Assembly: GCF_000014265.1 (NCBI RefSeq)
Contig: NC_008312.1
Coordinates: 4,530,001-4,562,000, forward strand
From: Trichodesmium erythraeum IMS101
Lineage (GTDB): Bacteria; Cyanobacteriota; Cyanobacteriia; Cyanobacteriales; Microcoleaceae
Length of the DNA stretch: 32,000 nt
Direction: 5' to 3'
Part shown: one piece after another, positions 20,485 to 29,673 of the stretch
Layout of the letters: every line of letters starts with the position of its first letter
Position numbering within the stretch: position 1 is the first letter of the stretch
Position numbers and translations under genes: made by a program
The notes under the pieces: model-generated
Told to the model about the DNA's origin: nothing
The model's database searches: none
Seen by the model: only the letters and a program-made list of their open reading frames with translations

Positions 20485-21992
20485 GAGTTTACTGAATAAA
20501 TATAAAAAACTTACACAGTAATGATTTTAGGTATTTTTCATCATAAATAGTATCTAATTTTCAGCTAAAATAAACCTCTATAATGCACACACTATGTACA
20601 AAAAAGTTGGCCAACCTGATACTCCACCAGAAAATTTTCAACTGCCGTTTAATGGCTAATTATCCCCAGAAAATCCTTGGGTAGTGATGGCTAGTTTAAT
20701 TTCTTAGGAGAAATATGAAGATGTATATGTAATCTTTTTCTCTACCATACATAGGAGCACCTGGATGAAATTTAGAATGGAATTAGGGGCGTTAATTTTG
20801 TTTCATTTTAGAGAAGGAATAGGTACAGATTTAATCAATAAAATTAATTGAGATGTGGTGAAAAATTAGAGTAAAAATCAGGAAGATGAAGTAAAAAAAA
20901 CAACCTTATTAGAAAAAATAAAGGAGTGTAAAAATAAAAGTAAATTAATTATAGATGCCACCTGCGCTCTCTCCGATATCAACTATCTGATGCACTTAAA
21001 TCTATTAAATAATGGCATAATTAAAACCGAAATTATCTAATATATTCTATTAAAATGCTGTTAAAAGCTAGTTTCAACAAAAAATTATTACTCACATTCA
21101 AACAACAAGAAAGGAATATTTAAAGGTAGAAAAAAAAGACGAAAAACTCCTAATTCTATTAGGGAAACTATAAAAAAAACTGAAATATTTAAGTAAAAAA
21201 TTAAGCAATTAAAAGTCTGTTAATTGAGAATTTTTCAGTTATGAAAATTTGAGTACTAGACAATATAAAATATTGTTGGATTTTCGTAAATTTTATAATC
21301 AACAACAATTAATGTGGGATAACAAATAACAACGAATAAATAAAAAAATAGTAAGTTTAAATCAACCTGATATGCGTCCAATAGTAAGAGGAAAAAGGGG
21401 AAAAATACAGAATTTGGAGCCCAAATATCTGTAAGTTGTATAGATGGATATATATTTTTACATAGAATAAATTCGGATAACTATAAGGAATTTCAAGATT
21501 TAAAGGCTCAAGTTGAATAGTGGAAAAAATACACGGGTTATTATACAGAGTCAGTTCATACAGACCAAATTTAGCTAACATGAGAAAACGGAAAATTCTG
21601 TAAAGACAAAGGTATTAGAATCAGTGGTTCATTAGGGAAGAGCACCCAAAAATATTGATAAAGAACAGAAAAAATAAGCTCAGGAGCGATGAAAGATTAG
21701 GTCACCATATTGAAGGTAAATTTTGCCGGTGGCAAAAGAGGATTTAGTCATAAAAAAAGTAATAGCTAAACTTTCTAAAACTTCCACAACTGCAATCGCA
21801 ATTACTTTTTTGACTTTTTTAGTAATCAACCTTTTTACCCTCTTCAAAGAGGCTTTTTCTCTTTTTTTATAGTTTTTTGTCTGGGTGTTTTTAATAATTT
21901 CAACTTCTAGTTGAATAAATGATGATAATTTTTGATAAACATCAATTTTTATTGAATAAAAAATCAACTATTTTCATACTTTTTCAGCAAAC
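20485..21992 (+). mobile_element. IS5/IS1182-type insertion sequence, dead (many stops and frameshifts), nested inside another IS
   Basis: TIRs are gagtttactgaa (20485-20496) and ttcagcaaac (21983-21992). It is flanked by the direct repeat CTTAATTA (20477-20484 and 21993-22000). Internal relics: MYKKVGQPDTPPENFQLPFNG*LSPENPWVVMASLIS (from ATG 20594), IDATCALSDINYLMHLNLLN (about 20951), SLNQPDMRPIVRGKRGK (about 21355), and a C-terminal ..AKLSKTSTTAIAITFL.. region. Confidence 0.7.
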
Positions 21993-22440
21993 CTTAATTA
22001 CCAGAGTCCGATACAATGCAGTTGGGAAATATCCTCCACCAACACCACTCCTCAAACGCAGTCGTCGCAGATCTTGCGTTTGGGGTTAACAGTCAAATTA
22101 CGCAACTTGTTTGACGAAAAAGATTGCTTCATGACAGAAACTCTACTACTTTACACTAAGATGGTGACTCTCAGATATCGCTGTTGTGATTTGCATTGGG
22201 ACTCTTCTATTGAAAGAGTTCGCTTTATACTAGCTGTGTGGGCATAAGGCCAACAAATAATCCTGCTTTGGAGTATTTTTTCAAATGAAACCAACTGTTT
22301 TATGAATACAAAAACTTTTTACTGTCCAGTTTAGTTATTTAGGTTAAAATTTGCTTCATTTTACAGCAGTTTTCAGCGGAGCAAGTGTGCCAGCTATATC
22401 GCTCTAGATAAGTATTTTATCTTGAGTTACATTTTACACT
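21993..22440 (+). pseudogene. IS4/IS701-type DDE transposase relic, part 2
   Basis: It continues part 1 in frame once the nested IS is removed: ...HLI|TRVRYNAVGKYPPPTPLLKRSRRRSCVWG*. Later relics are ..VRFILAVWA.. and FSAEQVCQLYRSR* (the YRxRW region). Confidence 0.5.
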
Positions 22441-22481
22441 TTTGTGGTTCACTCATATGAAAAGCGCTGTAATGGAGGAAG

Positions 22482-22576
22482 TATAGCAGTCGAAGCATAG
22501 GTTAAGATATCAATCTCGGTTATATGAGCAAATCCGAAATAGAGAGAGCGTCCTAAGCTTTTGTTCGATTGCTATA
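22482..22576. mobile_element. MITE-like element with TATAGCAGTCGAA ends, copy 2
   Basis: tatagcagtcgaag (22482-22495) pairs with ttcgattgctata (22564-22576). Internal blocks (ataggt(t)aag, cctaa.cttt.gtt.cga) are shared with the copy at 9447..9555. Confidence 0.5.
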
Positions 22577-23220
22577 ACAGTTAAAAATCTTGACCATCAC
22601 GGGGCGAAAAATAGCTGAAAGCTATATATATAAATGGATGTGCATTCGAGAATTAAATTATACTTCAAATAAAAAAAATCCTTATTGAGAAGAAATGGGA
22701 TGTAGTGCATTTAACTGTCTAGCGATCGCATTCTTTCCTCATTATACTTTTATCTACCAACCCCAGAAATATAAAATCTAAGTATAGCAAAGTTTTTGAG
22801 AATTAGTATCAGACCTTTTTTTGTATAAAAAGTTGTCAAAGCCTGTCTAAACAAGAGAATTACGTCGACGCCATAAAAAGGACTAGACCCCTTGGGAATT
22901 CAGGATTTATACCTTTTTGAAGTCAAAGCCTTTGAAAATATATGTTTTAGCCTTTTTATGGGTCTATTTTTTGAAGTCCCACTAATAAACTCCCTAAATC
23001 AACTGTGCTGAAGATGGCCTTCATCTTTTAATGGTTTGCCTTAACTCAAGAAACCAAACTTACTAAAGAAATAGTTATAGTTATTTAACTGAAAAATGAT
23101 AAAAAGTTAAATGTTCAAAGTCTTGTATACCTTAAGGTATTGTACTTTCAAAAAGTCTCTCATGCCTCAAGTTCGATGACTATATATTAACATTTCCACA
23201 CTTTCTTGAACCACAACCAG

Positions 23221-23365
23221 AATTTTCTTATTAGGAATGTAATGCAAACCATAAATTTGAACGTAAAAGTAATAACGATCAAACCATTCCTACAATGGCA
23301 TCATTGAGTTAATTACTTCTGGGTCATGCTCATCTAATGACTAACCATCATTAACTTGTTGAGTT
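23221..23365 (-). pseudogene. Decayed ghost copy of the 5' part of the adjacent acyltransferase gene
   Basis: 23221-23365 aligns base for base with 24053-24197 at a constant 832-nt offset. An example block is ttaattacttctgggtca[t/c]gctcatctaatgac[t/c]aaccatcat. Roughly 85 percent identity by eye. It has no start codon and contains stops. Confidence 0.8.
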
Positions 23366-23374
23366 GATAAAAAA

Positions 23375-24217
23375 TTATGACGTTGATAATATTAATTCGT
23401 CTAACTCTTGCTGCATTTGGGTGAGAACTTTTTGATAGCAAGCATCAACATAAGCGCGATCACTAGCTGCCTTACGTCCATAACGTTCAAACACAATGGG
23501 GGGACAAACCCGAGTATGGATCTGTACTGGAAAGGGGAAATTAGGCAAAGGCCCAATAGCTAATCCCCAAGGCAAACCTATATAAATAGGAAAGACCTCT
23601 GGGTCAAGATCAAATAACCACGGCATCCCCCACTTATGAAGTTGTTTTGCTTGTTCATAAAAATCAGCTAGTACGATTAAAGTATCATGAGCACCATTAG
23701 AAATCATTGGTACAATAGGAACTTCTTCACGCAAAGCTAATTTAATAAAGCCTTTACGTCCAGCAAAATAAATTTTGTTTCGCATAGAATGGGGACGGAA
23801 AACATCAGGACCCCCGCCAGGATAAACAATTACAGAGGCATTTCTTTGGAAGGCAGCGATCCCCATTTTCGGATGGGCTCTAACTGCTCCACATTGTACA
23901 GCTAAGGTTGTTGTACTAGGGAAAGCTGACCAGGCATTCTGGTGCATTAGTCCATAAACCAAACGTTTTGGACCAAACCTTTTAAACCAATCATACATAC
24001 ACATATGCATATCTGGAGCTGGTAAACCACCATTATGAGAGCCAACTATAAGAATTTTCTCATCAGGAATATGATGCCAACCATCAGTTTGAACACGAAA
24101 GTAATAACGATAAAACCATTCCCACAATGGCATCATCGACTTAATTACTTCTGGGTCACGCTCATCTAATGACCAACCATCATAAGGTTGACGCATATTT
24201 TGTTGATTAGCAGTCAT
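23375..24217 (-). CDS. Acyltransferase-family protein (lysophospholipid / DGAT-like acyltransferase)
   Basis: 280 aa with an ATG start. Shows ...KILIVGSHNGGLPAPD... (the His-containing acyltransferase block), VIVYPGGGPDVFRP and GFIKLALREEVPIVPM, which are typical of PlsC/DAGAT-type acyltransferases. The substrate is unknown. Confidence 0.75.
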   Translation of the reverse strand: MTANQQNMRQPYDGWSLDERDPEVIKSMMPLWEWFYRYYFRVQTDGWHHIPDEKILIVGSHNGGLPAPDMHMCMYDWFKRFGPKRLVYGLMHQNAWSAFPSTTTLAVQCGAVRAHPKMGIAAFQRNASVIVYPGGGPDVFRPHSMRNKIYFAGRKGFIKLALREEVPIVPMISNGAHDTLIVLADFYEQAKQLHKWGMPWLFDLDPEVFPIYIGLPWGLAIGPLPNFPFPVQIHTRVCPPIVFERYGRKAASDRAYVDACYQKVLTQMQQELDELILSTS

Positions 24218-24248
24218 TTCAGTTATTAGTTATTAGTTACTATATTAC

Positions 24249-24352
24249 TATACTAATCCTAAATGATTTTGAAGATAAATAAGTTATCATAGAAAAGTGA
24301 TCATGATTTGACTATAAGAGTACTTTCTCTAATATCATGATATATTGCTACA
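24249..24352. mobile_element. MITE-like element with IS630-like ends, copy 2
   Basis: See 12521..12635. It lies in the 5' leader region of the acyltransferase gene. Confidence 0.55.
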
Positions 24353-24628
24353 TCATATTAATTTAAGTATTCAGCTTTTAGCAGCAACTACTAGGGTTAG
24401 ATGATGACTTTTTTTCTTTCCTGGGGAATACTGAGCAAAGACAACTTTTAGTTCTCCTTGGAGATGAATTTCTCCTTTGAAGATAATGAGTTATAATTCA
24501 TAGCTGAACTACAAAGTTTATACCCAGGATACTAGCTAATAACTGAAGGCTAAATACTTAAATATTAATTATAGCAGATTCCAGTTATCTGATTTTAAAT
24601 GCTGATGAATAGTTTTAGTAAGAAGTAG

Positions 24629-25132
24629 CTATTTAATGGTAGGAAATGGAAATTTTTTTGGTCTATCAAACAAACTGCTACTAAATCTAGATTTAATTTC
24701 TACATAACAGTTTAATGGAGCAGTTTCAAATTCACAAAAATAAGCAGCAATTGGTTTTTTTTGAAGAGGTTGACATATTTGCAAGTTGTAACCATATTCT
24801 CTAGCTATCCTACCAAAATGATTTATAAATTTATAAATATCCATATATTCTTGCTTTTCCCAAGTTAATTGATTTACTACCAAAATTACCCATGTATCAT
24901 CGGGGTTAACAAACCAAGTCTCAAGAAGTTTAGCACCAAATAAATCCTTAGTTAACCAGAAACTAGGAATGCTTGGTTTAGTTTGGGATAAAGGAGGTTG
25001 AGGTAGTTGAGAAATTGAACTTCTCGGACAGACAGGAAAAATAACTTTAGGTTTAGCAGTTGCAGGTAAAAGGAATAGGAGATCAGAAAGCAAGAAGAAG
25101 GAAAGATATAGTAATAATTTTAGATTCAACAT
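24629..25132 (-). CDS. Hypothetical secreted protein
   Basis: 167 aa with an ATG start and a hydrophobic signal-like N-terminus (LLLYLSFFLLSDLLFLLPATA|KP). I recognise no family. It is kept as a gene because it stays open in an otherwise stop-rich AT-rich setting. Confidence 0.55.
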   Translation of the reverse strand: MLNLKLLLYLSFFLLSDLLFLLPATAKPKVIFPVCPRSSISQLPQPPLSQTKPSIPSFWLTKDLFGAKLLETWFVNPDDTWVILVVNQLTWEKQEYMDIYKFINHFGRIAREYGYNLQICQPLQKKPIAAYFCEFETAPLNCYVEIKSRFSSSLFDRPKKFPFPTIK

Positions 25133-25221
25133 ATTAAGTAAGAAGGAATAAGGAAAAATATCTTAATATTAATTAAATCAGAAGTAAGAATGATAAATGT
25201 ATTGAATCAATGAAAAAAATA

Positions 25222-25480
25222 TTAATTATTTTAATAACGTATTCCTGGTAATTGAGTCATTAATCCTAATAATTCTAATTGTAGAAGATAACTAGAAAAT
25301 TTTCCTGATGATAAATCAGTTTTTTGAATGATTAAATATCAAACAATAAGTTCAGTATAAATATGTTTAAAATCTCAGATAAAATTGGTTATAAATTTAG
25401 CTGATAAGTTTGCTTTTTATCATTAAAAAAAGATAATTTTTCCGAATATTATCCTACATCAATATCTAAAAACGGCATTA
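25222..25480 (-). pseudogene. Decayed ghost copy of the 3' end of dprA, tandem to the live copy
   Basis: 25222-25480 aligns with 25498-25757 at a constant 276-nt offset. An example block is attcctggtaattgagtca[t/c]taatcctaataattctaattgtag. Roughly 85 percent identity by eye. It lies immediately 3' of the dprA stop. Confidence 0.85.
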
Positions 25481-25498
25481 ATATAAATGAGAAAATTA

Positions 25499-26641
25499 TT
25501 AATTCTTTTGATAACGCATTCCTGGTAATTGAGTCACTAATCCTAATAATTCTAATTGTAGGAGAGAACTAGAAACTTCCCCTGATGATAAACCTGTTTT
25601 TTGAATGATTAAATCTAAAACAATAGGCTCAGTAGAAATATGTTTAAAAATCTCAGCTAACATAGGTTCTAAATTTGGCATATCAGTCTGGTTTTTATCG
25701 TTAAACAAAGATAATTGTTCCGAATATTCTTCTACATCAATATCTAAAGATGGCATGGCTCCTAACATTTCTAATAATCTATCCATAGTAATCGGAATTA
25801 CCTCGGCACCTTTATTAATTAGCTGCAAAGAACCATAAGATTTTTGGTCATCTAAACGAGCGGGTAAAACATACACATCTCGACAGAATTCATTTGCCAT
25901 ATCTGCTGTAATTAAAGCACCAGATTTTTGTGGAGCTTCCATAATTAAAACCGCTCTACTTAATCCCGCAATAATTCTATTTCGCTGGGGAAAATGTTTA
26001 GAATTTGGTTTAGTTCCTGCGGGATATTCACTAACAGCTAAACCCTGTTTAACAACTTGTTCAGCTAAACTTTTATTTTGCCTAGGATAAACAATATCAA
26101 CCCCGTTTCCAAAGACAGCAACAGTTCTTCCTCCTACTTCTAGACAAGCACTATGAGCTTCTGTGTCAATTCCTGCTGCTAATCCTGAAACAATTGTAAA
26201 GCCACTTTTTGCTAAGATTGAACTTATTTTTCGAGTCCAACGACGACCATATTCCGAAGGGTTTCTGGTGCCAACTATTCCTACTGTGGGAGTAATACCT
26301 AGTATTTCTTGCAAGTCTACTATACCTCGATAATATAGCAGAGGCGGAGGTGTGGGAATTTCTTGCAGGAGACGAGGATAGTCTGGGTCTGCTGGTGTCC
26401 AAAAATTGGGATTTTTCTCTATGTGTTGTTTGAGGAGTTGTTCGGGGTTGATGCGCGATCGCTCTTCAACTATTTTGTCTATTGTATGACGGCCAAACCC
26501 TGATATTTGGCCTAATTCTTTTGGGGTTGATGTCCAAGCTATGGCCAGGGTGTTGAATTTTTGTTTGAGTTTTTGTAGAGCAATTGGACCTAAACCACTA
26601 ATGTTTGCCCATGCTAACCAATAGGCGCGTTCTTCTGTCAA
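25499..26641 (-). CDS. dprA: DNA-processing protein A (DprA/Smf)
   Basis: 380 aa. The Rossmann-like core reads VGIVGTRNPSEYGRRWTRKI...GFTIVSGLAAGIDTEAHSACLEVGGRTVAVFGNGVDIVYPRQN...SEYP.G..P....FPQRNRIIAGLS..VLIMEA..KSGALITA. The track start is TTG. Confidence 0.9.
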   Translation of the reverse strand: MTEERAYWLAWANISGLGPIALQKLKQKFNTLAIAWTSTPKELGQISGFGRHTIDKIVEERSRINPEQLLKQHIEKNPNFWTPADPDYPRLLQEIPTPPPLLYYRGIVDLQEILGITPTVGIVGTRNPSEYGRRWTRKISSILAKSGFTIVSGLAAGIDTEAHSACLEVGGRTVAVFGNGVDIVYPRQNKSLAEQVVKQGLAVSEYPAGTKPNSKHFPQRNRIIAGLSRAVLIMEAPQKSGALITADMANEFCRDVYVLPARLDDQKSYGSLQLINKGAEVIPITMDRLLEMLGAMPSLDIDVEEYSEQLSLFNDKNQTDMPNLEPMLAEIFKHISTEPIVLDLIIQKTGLSSGEVSSSLLQLELLGLVTQLPGMRYQKN

Positions 26642-26943
26642 TTCTTTTATCCTTTGGAGTAATGATCGGTTTTGAATTTATTTTAGGCTGGGTTGAGGGA
26701 GGAAACCCAAAAAACTTTTCATAACTCAGAAGTAATTCTTGACCAAAAAAACAAGGTCTTAGGTCTACCCTTTCAAGTTGAATAAGTTATCGTATATGGT
26801 AATACTATTTTATTTGTGTGTAAAATCTTACTGCTTTTTAACATAGGGGTTTGGGAGCTATAGTCAATGAGTAAGAGTTTCGGAGTTAATTTCTAGTTTT
26901 TTAATTTTCACAACCTAAAGAAAGTATGGCAATGATAAGATGA

Positions 26944-27607
26944 GTATTATCCCTAAATACTATCAATTATTATGGGATATCCTCTGTATGCCCATCACAA
27001 AACTCATAAACATGGAAAGACTAGTAATATTCTCAGCGATATTATCGTTCTGAATGCCTACAAACTTTCACTAAAATTTTTCAGACTCTCTACTATCGGC
27101 GAAAATTTGAACCAGAGCAAATGCCCTAGGTTGCTACAGCCTCATGTTGAAGGTAGTAGTTTAAGATGAATTAGTCGAACAGTGAATCTCGCCTATAATA
27201 CGATAGTCAGTTTGTTCAGGGCGGTCTCTCAAAAAGGACAAATGATTCATAATAGCCATGCAGAAAATCTCAAAACCTCACAGGTTAGCAGTGATGAATT
27301 TTGGTAATTTGTTCAAAAAAACAAAAACATTGTCATATGAATGAATTGACAGAAGGTGACTGTTGGATAGGCATGACTCAAGCCTCATCCAGCGAATTAA
27401 TTTTAAGTGAAGTGAGTAAGTAAAGATACTGACCAGTTTATTGAAGAATTAATTTTCCACACAGAAGGGAAGACTAGCTGCAAACAATAGTATACAGATG
27501 ATTGGGGAGGGGATGAACGAGTCATACACCCAGAAGTAGAGCAAATCATTGGTAAAGACCAAACCCACCATAAGGAGCGAACTCAAGGAATTGTCAGACA
27601 GCTTCTA
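26944..27607 (+). pseudogene. IS1-like transposase relic, 5' part (split by a nested IS630)
   Basis: Reads SDEFW*FVQKNKN... and ...YTDDWGGDERVIHPEVEQIIGKDQTHHKERTQGIVRQLL (27490-27604), the IS1 InsB-type C-terminal signature (TD.W..Y......GK..T..iER.N..lRQ). A possible left end is gtattatccctaa at 26944-26956. Confidence 0.55.
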
Positions 27608-29022
27608 ATATCAAGTCACATTAAATAACCTTAATATCCACATTCCACACTTCTTAACATTAAATTGATAAGTTTGATCAATAAAACGCCTCGAATGCAC
27701 TCCCTGAAAATCTTATAGCTATAGGCATCAATTTTCACTGTCATAAAGAATTGTAACTGATTTTCTCATAAAAAATTAGTTATTGATAAATTTTATTGAT
27801 ATTAAGTTCTAGAATGAAAATTTTTCCTATAAGTCTATTTGAAAATTTAAATATACATAAACATGTATGAAGATCTGCATGTCGGTTAATATAGACTAAG
27901 CAAAAAATAAAACGAATATGACTAATGCCCAAGGGAGTCAGTATAGAAGATCACCTAAGTGTTGAAGAATTAGAAAAACGCTATCCTCAAGCTAAAGAAC
28001 CTATTGAACGTTCTCACTATCAAATAATCTGGTTGATAGCTATGGGCAAAACCAGTGAAGAAGTGGCTCAGGTAAAAGGATATAAGCGTAGTTGGATTTA
28101 CGAGTTAGTATGGCGCTACAATCGTCAGGGAGCATAAAACTTAGGCGATAGTAGACAGACTAATCAGGGAGTCCCTCCGATGCTAACTGATGAGCAACAA
28201 GCCCAACTATATCAAATTTTGTCTGATAATGCTCCAGATGGTGGACTTTGGAATGGCCGTAAAGTGGCAGATTATCTCTGTGAATTGTTAGAACGTCCCG
28301 TTTCACCTCAACAAGGATGGCGAATTTTAAAGCAAATGAATTTTACTCTCAAAGTACCTAGACCTAGCCTAGGCAAGTCTAACCCTCAACAGCAACAAGA
28401 TTGGAAAAAAAACTGACAACAGAAGTAGAAAAGTTACAAAAGCAGTACCCTGAAGCTAAACTCTCTGTATGGAGCCAAGATGAACATCGTATAGGTCTTA
28501 ACCCGATACTGAGACGAACTTATGTAGAGACTGGCCAACAACCACTAGGGAGTGTCAATTTGGAAACGGGAATGGTTATGGTTGTATGCCTTCCTAGAAC
28601 CAGAAACAGGCCAAACCTATTGGTGGATATTACCACAAGTCAGGACATATTTGTTTAGTACCCTACTGCAAGATTTTGCCAACCACTTTGAGATTGGAGC
28701 TAAAAAGCTAGTAATTCTAGTATTATATCGAGCTCGGTGGCATACAAGCGATCGCTTGGAGGTGCCTGATGGTATTGATTTATTCCCCCTACCTCCTTAC
28801 TCTCCTGAGCTATAGCCAATTGAGAGATTATGGCCTTTGGTCAATTAAGTTGTGGCTAATCAGGGGTTTGACTCGATCGCAGAGGTAGAAGAACTGATTG
28901 AACAACGTTGTTGCCATTTACTGAGAAGACCAGATTGGCTCCGAGGAATCACTTTCTACCATTGGTGGCCTCAAGTCATGTCTAAAGATACTTATATTAT
29001 GGTTAATTAATATGACTTGATA
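27608..29022 (+). mobile_element. IS630-family insertion sequence, dead (at least 3 in-frame stops and at least 2 frameshifts), nested in the IS1-like relic
   Basis: TIRs are tatcaagtcacattaaataacc (27608-27629) and ggttaattaatatgacttgata (29001-29022). TAA lies on both flanks (27605-27607 and 29023-29025). Track ORFs 27925..28137, 28180..28416, 28401..28658 and 28552..28815 plus the tail to 29010 are consecutive pieces of one transposase (..DEHRIGLNPILRR.., ..WLWLYAFLEPETGQTYWW.., ..PPYSPEL*PIERLWPLVN*..). One frameshift sits at an A8 run near 28400. Confidence 0.85.
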
Positions 29023-29240
29023 TAAGTAGGTGGCATCGCCGATATGCAGAAATTTGGTAATATCTGGCTACACCCGAGAGATAACGGTTAGGTTAGCTAA
29101 CGCTTACTTCAATTGGATTTGGATTCATACTCGTAAAGACAATACAGCAGCACAAAGGGCAGGATTAGCCGCACCCTGGATTTGGAACGACTTGCTAACT
29201 CATCCCACACTTTGTGGCCTGCACTACTAAGGATAATTAC
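29023..29240 (+). pseudogene. IS1-like transposase relic, 3' part
   Basis: ..SRWHRRYAEIW*, then ISGYTREITVRLANAYFNWIWIHTRKDNTAAQRAGLAAPWIWNDLLTHPTL (ORF 29030..29230). This is the C-terminal tail expected after the ..GIVRQ.. block at 27590-27604. A possible right end is taaggataattac at 29228-29240. Confidence 0.5.
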
Positions 29241-29673
29241 CCCAAGCTAGGGTTAAGACAGTTTAATAGAATTCGTGTGCCTATCCATGACAGAAAACTT
29301 TTCCAGCTTCAACTATAGTCCTTGAGCTTTTACTTATATTTAGGCCATGCACGATCGAGTAATGGACGCTACTCAATTAAACCTGACCTACGAAGTTACT
29401 CCCGAACTTTGAGGAGAGGAATAATCTAGCCTAATTAGCAGTTATCAGCTATCATCCCTGATGACTATTAATCATTTTGAGAGATGTGAACCATGATATT
29501 GAATGGCTTCTTTGCCTCAACGAATCGCACTCAGCAAACGCTAATGACTTTAATACTACTAGATTTGATATATATCTCTCCACAAAAGGTTCTCACACCC
29601 TTACCCTAATGTTCCAAAATTGGAATTTTTGGATAGGTCTATTGCTAAGAGCTAAATACTTATTACTTTGTAC

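Noticed and set aside
21357-21967. Minus-strand ORFs 21357..21581 and 21680..21967.
   Set aside because: They lie antisense within the dead IS5/IS1182-type element, whose plus-strand relic motifs explain the region.
23221-25757. Could the ghost/live pairs be the template and variable repeats of a diversity-generating retroelement? The dprA ghost sits at a gene 3' end, as a variable region would.
   Set aside because: The differences are not restricted to adenine positions of one copy on one strand: both G-to-A and C-to-T type differences occur on the same strand. Indels are present, no reverse transcriptase gene is nearby, and the second pair involves a gene 5' end. Neutral decay of a duplicate explains the pattern better.
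27925-28815. Overlapping ORFs in the second IS630 as a programmed ribosomal frameshift (A8 run near 28400).
   Set aside because: Besides the shift at the A run there is a second frameshift and at least three in-frame stop codons (28135 TAA, 28813 TAG, about 28846 TAA). IS630 transposases are normally single-ORF, so this is decay and not recoding.
29241-29673. ORF 29477..29677 and other short reading frames downstream of rpoC2; possible small gene or pseudogene.
   Set aside because: I recognise no motif on either strand and there is no RBS. The sequence may be pseudogene debris, but I cannot support a call.
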